A stretch of 64,000 bases of DNA from Thermodesulfobacteriota bacterium (GCA_965215275.1 OZ244044.1:1120001-1184000); one strand, 5' to 3'. Positions 34,326-46,010 are shown, counted from the stretch's first letter. Program-made: numbers and translations. The notes: generated from the sequence alone by a model not told the origin.

Positions 34326-35436
34326 ATGAGCGAAGATAACAGACTGGATGTAAACCAGCTTCAGAGCAGAATCAAATCTATCTGGGACTCTCTTTGACAT
34401 CGCAGATAAAAATTCACGGTTGAACGAGATAGAATCTCTGATAAACGCCCACGATTTCTGGAACGATAAGACCGAAGCACAGTCAATTTTAAAAGAGCAA
34501 GCACGTATCAGGAACTCACTAAATACGTGGGAATTGCTGCGTTCTGAGCTTGAAGACCTGGAAGTTCTGATAGAACTTTGTGATGAATCCAACGACGAAG
34601 AACTGCAGAGTGAAATTGATATAAAGCACGGTAATCTGGTCTCCAAGATCGAGGAACTTGAGTTTAAAAAGGTCCTCAGTGCCACCGACGACGAAAGAAA
34701 TGCAATAATGTCAATAAATTCCGGTGCCGGAGGCACGGAAGCACAGGACTGGGCGGACATGTTGTTCAGAATGTACTTAAGATATGCTGAAAGCAAAGAC
34801 TATAAGACGAACATATTAGATCTGCAGGACGGAGATGAAGCAGGAATTAAAAATGTAACCTTTTTAATAGAGGGAAGTTATGCATTTGGCTATTTAAAAG
34901 GTGAAAGCGGTGTCCACAGACTTGTAAGAATTTCGCCATTTGACTCTAATAAGCGTCGACACACCTCTTTTGCCTCGGTTTTCGTATCTCCCGAAGTGGA
35001 CGATCTGATTGAAGTGGAAATTGAGGATAAAGATTTAAGGGTCGACACTTTCAGGGCAAGTGGTAAAGGTGGTCAGCATGTTAACAAAACAGACTCCGCC
35101 ATAAGGATCACACATATGCCAACAGGTATGGTTGTCAGCTGTCAGAACGAAAGATCCCAACATCAAAACAGGATTAACGCTATGAAGATACTGAAGGCAA
35201 GGATCTATGAAATGGAAAGAGAGAAGAAACAAAAGTTAATTGAGGAGATGAACTCAAGTAAGATGGAGATAGGCTGGGGCAGTCAGATACGTTCTTATGT
35301 AATGCATCCATACAGAATGGTCAAAGACCACAGAACGAACTTTGAAGAAAGCAACATAGATGCGGTAATGGATGGAGATATTGACAATCTGATCAAAAAA
35401 TATCTACTGTATCAAGCTGACAATAGAGTAAACTAA
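34326..35436 (+). CDS. prfB: Peptide chain release factor 2 with programmed +1 frameshift at 34392-34398
   Basis: ATG 34326 gives 23 codons ending CTT-TGA-C; the +1 frame continues into the ORF with SPF and GGQ motifs. Confidence 0.97.
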
Positions 35437-35454
35437 ACAATCCGGAGGCAATCA

Positions 35455-36327
35455 TTGAAAATTGGCATCATAGGTAAAAGAGATACAAAAGAAGTTTATT
35501 CCGTTGTAAGTGATCTCATTAAATGGTTTGAAAAAAAGGAAATTGAGTTCTGGGTGGATGAAGAACTTGCACAGAACATCAAGGTTAAAAGATTTTTCAA
35601 GCAGAATGACCTGCCTAAAGAGATTGAACTCGTTGTCGTCTTCGGTGGAGATGGTACTTTCCTCAGTGCCTCTCAACAGGTAAACAAAAACAATATCCCG
35701 ATACTCGGATTCAATCTGGGAGGGCTTGGTTTTCTTACCGAATTTACCGTAAATGAGATCTTTCCTATAATGGAGAAGGTCATTGAAGGTGATTATGAGA
35801 TTGAGGAACGGGAGATGGTGTTGGCGTCTGTGGTCAAATCGGGAAGAAAGCCAGAGGAGTATCATATCCTGAACGAATTAGTTATTAACAATGGCGCAGT
35901 TTCAAGAATTATTGATCTTGCAATATTCATAGATGGTAATAAGATCACGACTTTCAAGGCAGATGGAGTTATTTTTGCTACTCCTACCGGTTCAACCGCT
36001 TATTCTCTATCCGCTGGAGGTCCTATCGCATATCCGACCTTACCTGTAATCTTAATTACACCAATTTGCCCACATATTCTGACAAACAGACCTTTGGTGG
36101 TATCAAACAATATGGAGATCAAGGTTAAAGTACTAACTGAAGATCAGAATGCATACGTAACGCTAGACGGACAGAAAACATTAACACTAGGTATGAACGA
36201 TGAAGTGATACTAAAAAAATCCAGATCCAAAGTCAAGTTAATTAAGTCGCCCTTTAGAGACTATTTCTCTATACTTAAAACAAAGCTTATGTGGGGTGAG
36301 AGATATGGAACAATCAATGAAAAATAG
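35455..36327 (+). CDS. nadK: NAD kinase
   Basis: GGDGT, LGFL, NE, DG..TPTGSTAYSLSAGGP; GGAGG RBS before TTG. Confidence 0.96.
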   Translation: MKIGIIGKRDTKEVYSVVSDLIKWFEKKEIEFWVDEELAQNIKVKRFFKQNDLPKEIELVVVFGGDGTFLSASQQVNKNNIPILGFNLGGLGFLTEFTVNEIFPIMEKVIEGDYEIEEREMVLASVVKSGRKPEEYHILNELVINNGAVSRIIDLAIFIDGNKITTFKADGVIFATPTGSTAYSLSAGGPIAYPTLPVILITPICPHILTNRPLVVSNNMEIKVKVLTEDQNAYVTLDGQKTLTLGMNDEVILKKSRSKVKLIKSPFRDYFSILKTKLMWGERYGTINEK

Positions 36328-36471
36328 ACTTTTCCACCGTTGTAGTGCCAAGACAAGGAATCGTGGTAGTTTGATTTATGGAGATTATCTGCTTAATTAC
36401 CAAAAAACTTACATCGCTTCCCTGCACTGACTTTAAAGGTTTGAACAGATTGTTTAGCATAAAAATTATTC

Positions 36472-36501
36472 TTGACATTCATTAATAATACAAAGTAAAA
36501 T
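36472..36501 (+). promoter_or_regulatory. Sigma70-like promoter of the subtilase-like gene
   Basis: TTGACA (36472-36477), 18 bp, TAAAAT (36496-36501), 10 bp before ATG 36512. Confidence 0.55.
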
Positions 36502-36511
36502 AGAAAAAGTC

Positions 36512-39009
36512 ATGAACATCCTGTTTAGAGTAACACCCCCCCCCATAAGTTATTAATTCCCTTTTTCTTTCTTCTGTGCTTTGTAAACGTTGGTGCATAT
36601 GGTCAGACCAGCGTTGATAACTGCGACTCCAGTGCAACGACAGAAGCTACATTGACAGTAGCCGGAAGTACACGTAGTGGAAGTTTAGCTGCCGGTGCTG
36701 ATCCGCATTACTTTCAGATAGACGTGAATGAAAGATTGATCGTGGCTATAATAGTAACCTTCCCCTTCTCCAATGATCAGGGATACAGTTTACAGGTATG
36801 TGACAGCAATAATTATCTGATAGCAAGTGCTGCTGGAGTTCGTATTGAGGATGAGGGTATAGTGAAGGTCACTATAGAAACCCGCCTCAGACCTGGAACG
36901 TACTATATAGTAGTGGGAAGCCGTGTTGCCACGTCCTACAATGTTGCAGTTGTGGTATCTGATCTTAATACTGTATTTGATGATGACTGCCCGGAAAGTA
37001 GTACTACAAATTATCCAAACGACACCTTATACGGTTGTCAGTGGTATCTGAAACGTCAGGCGGGTGAGTTTATATTAGGTGAAAAGACAATACCCGATAC
37101 GGAATATGCAGACATAAACATAGAAGAGGTCTGGGATGATAACGTATTTGGAGCTGAGATTAACGTAGCGGTGGTAGATCATGGCATGGACACAGATCAT
37201 GAGGACCTTGCTGATAACGTGGATACTACACTTTCTCATGATTACTCAGGAAGCGGTGATCTGTACAGTCCTTTCAGTGGTCGCGGCACACGTGTGGCAG
37301 GCATTATAGCAGCAGTGGGTGATAACAGCCTTGGAGTAAGAGGTGTAGCACCTCAGGCAAGCATCTACAGTTATAATTTAGCTGATAACTTCAGTGATAC
37401 TAATGCAAAGGACGCCATGGTCCGTAATAAGGATATAACGGCTGTATCTGTCAACAACTGGGGACCGAAGGACCTGCCGGTTCTTACAGAGGCTTCATCA
37501 GAGTGGGAAGAAGGAGTGGAAACTGGTATAAGAGAAGGATTTGGTGGTAAAGGAGTATTTTACGTATGGGCGGCAGGGGACGGACATGAAGGATCAGACC
37601 AGGCTAATTTTAATGAGTATTCCAACTACTACGCTGTAACTACCGTATGTTCATCAGAGATCGATAGTCATGATAGCTTGATCACTAAGGGTTCGAGTAC
37701 TTTTTCAGAAGAAGGGTTCAATCTATGGGTATGTGCACCGGGTTCTTATATTGTAACTACGGACAATAACGACATTTATACTTTTGAGTTCCCTGGAACG
37801 TCAAATTCAGCTGCTGTTGTTTCAGGAGTAGCGGCACTGATACGGGAGGTAAACAGTGATCTTAGCTGGCGGGATCTGAAACTGATCCTGGCAGATTCAG
37901 CCAGCCAGGGAGACACCCAGTTAATTCCTGTTAGTGATAATTGGAAACCAGGAGCATTTAAATACAGTTCTGATTCAGAACGTTATCGTTACAGTCCGAA
38001 GTTCGGTTTTGGCACGGTAGACGCTGCTGCGGCAGTAGAACTTGCAGGAAGCTGGACCAACGTTCCACCGCCAATGAGACCCGTGACGGTTTCCTCGGGT
38101 AATATCAATACAGTTATCCCGGACTTCACAACGGGAAACTCAGAAGAAGATGTTTCCGTCGTTTTCACACTGACAGTACCTGATATAGATATACCAGACA
38201 CTGAGGGCTTTACGGAATTTATAGAGATCGGTATTAATTTCACTCACCCTTTCTTTCCTTTTTTAAGTATAGAAATAACTTCCCCTGACGGTAGAGTGTC
38301 AAAACTCACTGAGGCATATCCAGCAGAAGCTTTATCACTTTTATTATCTGGCAGATCTCTTACTGTAGACGACTTTGACTATACAGGCAGAGAGCATCGT
38401 TTTGGTTTAGCTAATCACTTGGGAACGGACCCTGCCGGAGAGTGGACCTTGAAGATAACCAACGCTTCAGTCGCAGGTGCGGGGACCTTACACTCATGGA
38501 ACATTAAGGTCTATGGTCATATGTCTGGTGAGACACCTACGTTCGGCGGCTGGACGATACCAGATAAGAATTACGTGCCGGGAACCGCAGTAAAGGAAAC
38601 ACTGCCTGAGGCAACAGCAGGGAATGGAGAACTGACCTACAGCCTTTCCCCTCTTTCTTTACCTGCTGGACTTACTTTCAGTGAAACTGACCGAGTGATT
38701 AGCGGAACACCAACTGCTGTATCTTCCGGCAGTTATACATATACGGTAACGGATGAAGATGGAGATAAGGATGAGCTGAGATTTACTATCAGGGTAACAA
38801 CTACGCCGCCAGAACCAACAGACCCACCAACAACAAGACCACCGACACGAAGACCGACATCATCAGGTACAGGCGGAGGTGGAGGAGGATGTGCGGTCTC
38901 CGATCAGAGCAAAACTGTTCCTGATCTGCTCGCAGCAGTAGCATCTCTGATGCTTATACCTGTATCCGTAGTTATCAGAAGGAAGATAAGGTCTCGGATA
39001 AAGACTTAG
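36512..39009 (+). CDS. Secreted S8 subtilase/kexin-like protein: PPC-like N-domain, S8 domain, P domain, one Ig repeat, Gly6-Cys CTERM; frameshifted in a C9 tract (36536-36544)
   Basis: VAVVDHG, GTRVAGIIAA, GVAPQA, WAAGDG, GTS, WRDLK, FGFGTVDAAAAV, P domain ending WNIKVYG; signal peptide HKLLIPFFFLLCFVNVGAYG lies in frame upstream of the ORF-track start 36652. Confidence 0.85.
36536..36544 (+). repeat. Homopolymeric C9 tract at codons 9-11 of the subtilase-like gene
   Basis: taaca-ccccccccc-ataag. Confidence 0.9.
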
Positions 39010-39192
39010 CAACACAGTCCCTTTCAAGGCATTTAACTAACTGATATCTTTACGTCAGAATATCTGCTGGCTGTTTACGGGGAGAAGAATAGTAAATAGA
39101 AAACCAAAGATAATTTTACCAATAGATTGGTGTTTTTATTATATTGATGCTTGTTTTTTAATCTTGGGTAATACAGTATATAATGCTCTTAT

Positions 39193-40026
39193 TTATTCAG
39201 TTTCACCATTTTGATTTAAGTCAGGTTTTATCCTGGCCTCTACGATCTGTCTGTAGGTCTTTTTGCAAAGTTCTTTCCTGGATACTCTGGGATCATATGC
39301 AATTTTATCTAAAAACCTTATCTCAAGTACAATCGATAGCTGCCTCATCATATTGAACAAATGGGGAAAGAATTTTGCATTACCGTAGTAAAAAACATTA
39401 TCCCTGTTTGCCCGGTCAACAGGAACACCATTAAGCTTGGTATATTCTATACACACTGGGACAACGTCCGCTCGTGCATTTATTGCTGATGCAAAGAGCG
39501 AACTCCTGAAAGGCAGCACATTTTCTCCATTGGAAGTTGTTGTCTCGGGAAACAGCACTACATTATATCCTAAATCTAAAACATTTTCTATGGATCCCAC
39601 ATCCTGCTTTATTCTCAACTTGCTTTTCCTCTCTACAAAAATGCCTCCACCCAGCTTTGCGGCAGTTCCCATGAGAAAACTGCGTTCAATTCCATCCACA
39701 CTTGCAACAAAGATGGAATTCATAACAGATGCAATGGCAAAAATATCAAGATAGGAAACATGATTAGATACCATAAGAAAACCCTTGTTTTCCTTTATTG
39801 ATCCTGTCTCATCAACAACCTTCACACTTACATTAAAAACCATAAGAGAAAGTTTGAGAAAAAAAGTCGTTATCTTGGTTGTATAAAAAAATCTGGAAGC
39901 AGAGTTTTTGAATAATAAAGATATTATAAAGTTCAGGAGCAGAAAAAGGATGAAAAATATCAAAAACAGAAAGGATTTATATAAAACCCTTATCAAGCTG
40001 ATCGTTCTATTCAAATTTCCTACCAC
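39193..40026 (-). CDS. Lysophospholipid acyltransferase (PlsC/OlsA-like LPLAT)
   Basis: NHVSYLD (HxxxxD), IFVER, FPETTTSNG..LPFRSSLF; N-terminal TM segment. Confidence 0.88.
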   Translation of the reverse strand: MVGNLNRTISLIRVLYKSFLFLIFFILFLLLNFIISLLFKNSASRFFYTTKITTFFLKLSLMVFNVSVKVVDETGSIKENKGFLMVSNHVSYLDIFAIASVMNSIFVASVDGIERSFLMGTAAKLGGGIFVERKSKLRIKQDVGSIENVLDLGYNVVLFPETTTSNGENVLPFRSSLFASAINARADVVPVCIEYTKLNGVPVDRANRDNVFYYGNAKFFPHLFNMMRQLSIVLEIRFLDKIAYDPRVSRKELCKKTYRQIVEARIKPDLNQNGETE

Positions 40027-40033
40027 ATTTGCC

Positions 40034-40066
40034 GTTAATGATCCTTTAACGAAACATTAACGAAAA
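40034..40066 (+). promoter_or_regulatory. Candidate Pho-type box: three TTAA cores at 11-bp period
   Basis: GTTAATGATCC-TTTAACGAAAC-ATTAACGAAAA; TTAA at 40035, 40046, 40057. Confidence 0.45.
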
Positions 40067-40228
40067 TACAATACTGAATACTGAAACTTTACTCATAATA
40101 CAGCAATGACTTTACTGAAAATGGGCATATAATAAAGAAAGACGGTTGAAAGCATAACGGCAAGAAAACACCTTGCAATATTTAAAGTGATTGTATAACA
40201 ATGTATAAGTTATGCTGGGGTATATAAG

Positions 40229-41305
40229 ATGAAAATACTTTATGCTATACAAGGTACCGGAAACGGACATATAAAAAGGTCAAAAGAGATCTTAAAGCAT
40301 CTGACCAAAAAGGCCGAAGTAGATATTCTCATCAGTGAAACACAGCATGAAGTAAGTTTAGGGTTTAAAATAAAATATCAACTCTCCGGGCTTGGTTTTA
40401 TATTTGGTAACAAAGGCGGAATTGATTACTACAATAGTATAAAAAAAGCCAGACCTTATAAACTGTTGACCGACATATACGAACTTCCAGTTGAAAACTA
40501 CGACATTATAATAAGTGACTTTGAACCTGTTGCATCATGGGCATGTAAAAGAAAAAAGAAAAACTATATATCCCTTTCTCATCAGACCGCTTTTATGTCC
40601 GATAAAATACCAAGACCCAAAAGGAAAAATCATCTGGCAGAATTCATAATCAAATGGTACGCCCCGATATCTGTTCCAATAGGGCTTCATTATAAAAAAT
40701 ACGACAGTTTTATAGAAACACCTATAATAAGAGAGGAAATAAGGAACGCTGATGTAAAAAATGACGGGCATTACACGGTATATCTGCCTTCATTTAACGA
40801 AAAGTACCTTGTAAAAAGACTGAATAACGTAGACGTTAAATGGGAATTCTTTTCAAAATCATACAGAGGAGTTCCCTATATTGATGGAAATGTAAAGATC
40901 TATCCAATTGATAATGAAGGGTTTGTGAAAAGTCTATCCACCTGTGAAGGCATACTCTGTAACTCCGGTTTTGAGACCCCTTCCGAAGCGATATTCTTTG
41001 GTAAAAAAATGCTGACGATCCCCATGAAAGGACAGTACGAGCAGGAATGCAATGCAGAAGCACTTAGGCAGTTTGGCGTCAAGATACTGTATTCAATAGG
41101 AAAAGACTTTGAGGTCCAGCTTGAAAACTGGATAAACTCTGACTTAAAATACGAGGTGAACTACGAAAATAATATACCCCATATTATTGATTTGATCGTG
41201 GAAAGTGGCTCACAACGTAACTATACTGACAACTCATTTATAGTCGAACAATTTTCGGATGTGCAATCGAAAGGACAAAACGACCCATCTTGGGTCCAAC
41301 AATAA
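40229..41305 (+). CDS. GT-B glycosyltransferase (MJ1255/VC2487-like, GT28-related)
   Basis: MKILYAIQGTGNGH, ISDFEP, NSGFETPSEA, PMKGQYEQECNA. Confidence 0.88.
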   Translation: MKILYAIQGTGNGHIKRSKEILKHLTKKAEVDILISETQHEVSLGFKIKYQLSGLGFIFGNKGGIDYYNSIKKARPYKLLTDIYELPVENYDIIISDFEPVASWACKRKKKNYISLSHQTAFMSDKIPRPKRKNHLAEFIIKWYAPISVPIGLHYKKYDSFIETPIIREEIRNADVKNDGHYTVYLPSFNEKYLVKRLNNVDVKWEFFSKSYRGVPYIDGNVKIYPIDNEGFVKSLSTCEGILCNSGFETPSEAIFFGKKMLTIPMKGQYEQECNAEALRQFGVKILYSIGKDFEVQLENWINSDLKYEVNYENNIPHIIDLIVESGSQRNYTDNSFIVEQFSDVQSKGQNDPSWVQQ

Positions 41306-41317
41306 TACGGTCTTAAA

Positions 41318-41956
41318 TTAGAGCAATCCACTAAAGTAAAACGGAACGCCAAAGGTAAGAATTCCTAAAAACGCTCCAGCAATAGTCTGCAACACTGTAT
41401 GGTGGGAGAGCTGAACCCGGGACCAGGCAACTATCGGTATCAGCATTGCAAATGGGACGGTCAGGTCGCTTATCTGGGACATTATAACAATACATAACCC
41501 ACTTATGGCAACACTGTGTACGCTGATCTTCCAGAACAGGGTTATGATAAAGATTATTAATATGGATAAGAAAGATGAAATACTTATGAGTATATGAATA
41601 GGAGGTGCTCCTATAATATGAAAAATATATATTCCAAGCAAGGTGTTCAGCGTTATTACAACAAGGGGTTTAATTCTTTCTTTTCTGTTGATCATATGAA
41701 AATCACTAATTACCCCTTTCTTTAAAAGCTTGTAAACAAATAAAGCAGGGGGAGCAATAAACAGCAGCATAAACATCACAGACCACAACAAAGGTAAAGG
41801 AACGTTCAGAGAAGGTGCAGATAATGCCACAGCATATACAACAACAAGAGGGGGTGAAAATATAGCGGATATATAATAAGCAATATAACCCCAGAAAGTA
41901 TGGGATAACTCATCCGAATAATTAGCTTTTGAAGTCAGGTCTTTGTTAATTGACAT
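41318..41956 (-). CDS. PAP2-superfamily integral membrane phosphatase-like protein
   Basis: Multiple TM segments, WKISVH, WSRVQLSHHTVLQ; ATG 41956 preferred to GTG 42016. Confidence 0.75.
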   Translation of the reverse strand: MSINKDLTSKANYSDELSHTFWGYIAYYISAIFSPPLVVVYAVALSAPSLNVPLPLLWSVMFMLLFIAPPALFVYKLLKKGVISDFHMINRKERIKPLVVITLNTLLGIYIFHIIGAPPIHILISISSFLSILIIFIITLFWKISVHSVAISGLCIVIMSQISDLTVPFAMLIPIVAWSRVQLSHHTVLQTIAGAFLGILTFGVPFYFSGLL

Positions 41957-42007
41957 ATATTCACCGAGCGTAAATACATTTTTACAGTACAGCAACCTAC
42001 ATAAGGT

Positions 42008-42062
42008 ACCATACACCCAGGTTATTAATTCTGTTTTAACTTAATGTTAAATTTATGTTCAA
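42008..42062 (-). promoter_or_regulatory. Candidate Pho-box promoter of the PAP2 gene
   Basis: Minus strand TGAACA-N5-TTAACA-N5-TTAAAA-N5-TTAATA, then 9 nt and TATGGT (-10-like). Confidence 0.5.
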
Positions 42063-42377
42063 AACCATTTTAAAACAATAAGAACAGAAATGACGGTGGA
42101 AATAGCTCTGATCAACTCCTTAAAAATCCAGTCTTTCGAAAAGAAAGAGATATTTCGGAACAGATATCCACTCTCTGAAAAAATATCACTGAAGATAGTT
42201 TACCTGTAAAACTGTCAATTCTAAACAATAAACATACTTTTTTAAGGAACACTACAAACACTGATAAAAGAAAAGGATTGTTTAAAAAAATCCACAATAT
42301 ATTATAATTATGCTAAGCAGAATGGATTATTAGCAGTAAAGGAAATTTGCTAAACTGATACATTAAGGCATGGCAAT

Positions 42378-43196
42378 TTGTATATAACTTTCAAAAAAAA
42401 CCTCTTTATAACCAAACTTCTTGCACTTGCAGGTTCTTTACTGTCCTTGTACCTTTCCATCACAACGTTGGGCGGCTGGGATATTAATCACTGCCTTACT
42501 GGCAGCGAATGTGATATTGTCAACAGCAGCGCTTATTCAAAGATATTCTGGATTCCTGTATCAGTAGTAGGTTTTTTAGGTTATGCATCAATTCTGATCG
42601 TATCATTTCTGTCAATTTCAGAACAAAACAAGTGGAAAGTCCTGTTTATTCTTACCACGGTCGGAGTGACTTTTTCCCTGTACCTCACCTACATGGAAAT
42701 TTTTCAAATAAATGCAATATGTTCACTCTGTATAGTTTCACTGATAATAATGCTGTCACTTTTTACAATCATATTGTCAGACAAGGGCAGGATGGCACCA
42801 AAGGCATCTTCTTTGAACTTTTTGACATTGGCAATCGTACTATCAGCTACCGTTGTATTCGGTGCAGGCACAATACAATCATCAACCGGTTCACAGGCAA
42901 ACAATCTGCACGTCGGTCTTGCCAGACACCTCGGTAAGGTTAATGCGGTAATGTACGGGGCTTACAACTGCTCTCACTGCAAGGATCAAAAAAACGCATT
43001 TGGAAAGCAGGCATTCAAACATATAAACTATGTGGAATGCAGTATTCAGGGTAAGAATGCCAAACCCTCCCTGTGCTTTGCAAAAGGCATAAAGGCATAT
43101 CCCACTTGGGAGATAGGTGGAAAGTTCTATCAAGGACGACAAAGCCTGCAGAGGCTGTCCGAACTATCAAACTTTAAATATCAGAAAAAATTCTAA
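42378..43196 (+). CDS. VKOR fused to thioredoxin-like domain (disulfide-bond formation)
   Basis: CLTGSECDIVNSS, CSLC in TM; C-terminal MYGAYNCSHC...YVEC...C...YPTW. Confidence 0.9.
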   Translation: MYITFKKNLFITKLLALAGSLLSLYLSITTLGGWDINHCLTGSECDIVNSSAYSKIFWIPVSVVGFLGYASILIVSFLSISEQNKWKVLFILTTVGVTFSLYLTYMEIFQINAICSLCIVSLIIMLSLFTIILSDKGRMAPKASSLNFLTLAIVLSATVVFGAGTIQSSTGSQANNLHVGLARHLGKVNAVMYGAYNCSHCKDQKNAFGKQAFKHINYVECSIQGKNAKPSLCFAKGIKAYPTWEIGGKFYQGRQSLQRLSELSNFKYQKKF

Positions 43197-43798
43197 AGAC
43201 GTTCTCTGATGTCCCGCACCAGAGATTTCACACTGGAACTATGGGAGTATCTGGAAATCAATTTACTGTCTCTGCTGATTAAATATATGGACGTTGGATG
43301 ATTCATAAGATAGTCGTCAGTGGGATTGTTGCCATCTTCTTCTTTGAAATACGCAGCACTGAACGTTTTAGCAACCTTGCTCAGTTCCTCGTCCGTGCCA
43401 GTCAGACCGATAAACTCATGGTGAAAACCAGAAAGATGGCCTTTCAGTTTTTGTATACTGTCTCTGCCAGGGTCGATAGAGATAAATAAAAACCGCAGGT
43501 CAGCACGATCACTGCCAAGTTCACTATAGACCTTTTTAAGTTTACCTAACGTTGCCGGACAGATATCCGGACAGTTTGTGTAGCCGAAGAACAAAAGTAC
43601 CAGTTTTCCCCTGAACTGCGACAATGCCACTCTGTCCCCATCATAGTCCGTGAGAACAAAATCCTCGATCTCTTTCTCATTACTGATACCGGCGACCTTT
43701 GTATCCTTGTTATCAAGAACAAGGATATATACGCAAACTAACAAAGCACTGGCAAAAAATATTAAAAAGGCAAATAACGGTTTAGGTTTTAAAAGCAT
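43193..43798 (-). CDS. SCO family copper chaperone
   Basis: FFGYTNCPDICP, SIDPGRD, YLMNH; N-terminal TM anchor. Confidence 0.93.
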   Translation of the reverse strand: MLLKPKPLFAFLIFFASALLVCVYILVLDNKDTKVAGISNEKEIEDFVLTDYDGDRVALSQFRGKLVLLFFGYTNCPDICPATLGKLKKVYSELGSDRADLRFLFISIDPGRDSIQKLKGHLSGFHHEFIGLTGTDEELSKVAKTFSAAYFKEEDGNNPTDDYLMNHPTSIYLISRDSKLISRYSHSSSVKSLVRDIRERL

Positions 43799-43830
43799 AA
43801 CGAAATATCAGAAAGTAATTCAGGGTCCAT

Positions 43831-43867
43831 AAAAATAAAAGAGCAGGCTTATTGTGAGCCTGCTCTT
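43831..43867 (-). terminator. Rho-independent terminator of groESL
   Basis: GAGCAGGCT-CACAATA-AGCCTGCTC followed by TTTTATTTTT on the minus strand. Confidence 0.85.
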
Positions 43868-43909
43868 ACCGTTTGTGAGTTTTTTCAGATTCACAGAAGG
43901 ACTACATTA

Positions 43910-45577
<1,668 letters not shown>

Positions 45578-45613
45578 CTAACTTGCATGTTTTGCTTATA
45601 ATTTTACCGCTTA

Positions 45614-45901
45614 CTATTCTATAATGCCCAGTATATCCTCTTCTCTGAGAATAAGATAATCTACCCCATCAAGAGTAATCTCGGTGCCGCCATATTTGCT
45701 GAACAACACCTTGTCTTTAGGTTTGACATGTAACGGCTGTACACTGCCGTCATCCAGTATTCTCCCATCACCAACTGCAACCACTTCACCTTCCTGGGGC
45801 TTTTCTTTTGCCGTATCAGGGATTATTATTCCCCCTTTGGTCATTTCGTCCACATCCAGTCTCTTGATTAGCACTCTATCACTAAGAGGTCTAATTTTCA
45901 T
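45614..45901 (-). CDS. groS: Co-chaperonin GroES (ATG 45901 after AAAGGAGG)
   Basis: [29 protein letters not shown]. Confidence 0.98.
   Translation of the reverse strand: MKIRPLSDRVLIKRLDVDEMTKGGIIIPDTAKEKPQEGEVVAVGDGRILDDGSVQPLHVKPKDKVLFSKYGGTEITLDGVDYLILREEDILGIIE
45868..45894. promoter_or_regulatory. CIRCE-like inverted repeat inside groES (16/18 match)
   Basis: TTAGCACTC-TATCACTAA-GAGGTCTAA vs consensus TTAGCACTC-N9-GAGTGCTAA. Confidence 0.5.
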
Positions 45902-45982
45902 TATTGTTTCCTCCTTTGTCACACAACAAATTTAATGTAAAACCAGCACCTGCGATTTCAAAATGCCGACTAAACACGAAAC

Positions 45983-46010
45983 AAGATAATCACATGACAT
46001 GTTTTGTCAA
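45983..46010 (-). promoter_or_regulatory. Sigma70-like promoter of groESL
   Basis: Minus strand TTGACA-16 nt-TATCTT. Confidence 0.5.

Noticed and set aside
40192..40216. dif/lox-like site (GTATAAC...GTTATGC); also TTAATGTTAAAT at 42041-42052
   Set aside because: Neither gives the 11-6-11 XerC/XerD layout; the second is explained by the 11-bp repeat array.
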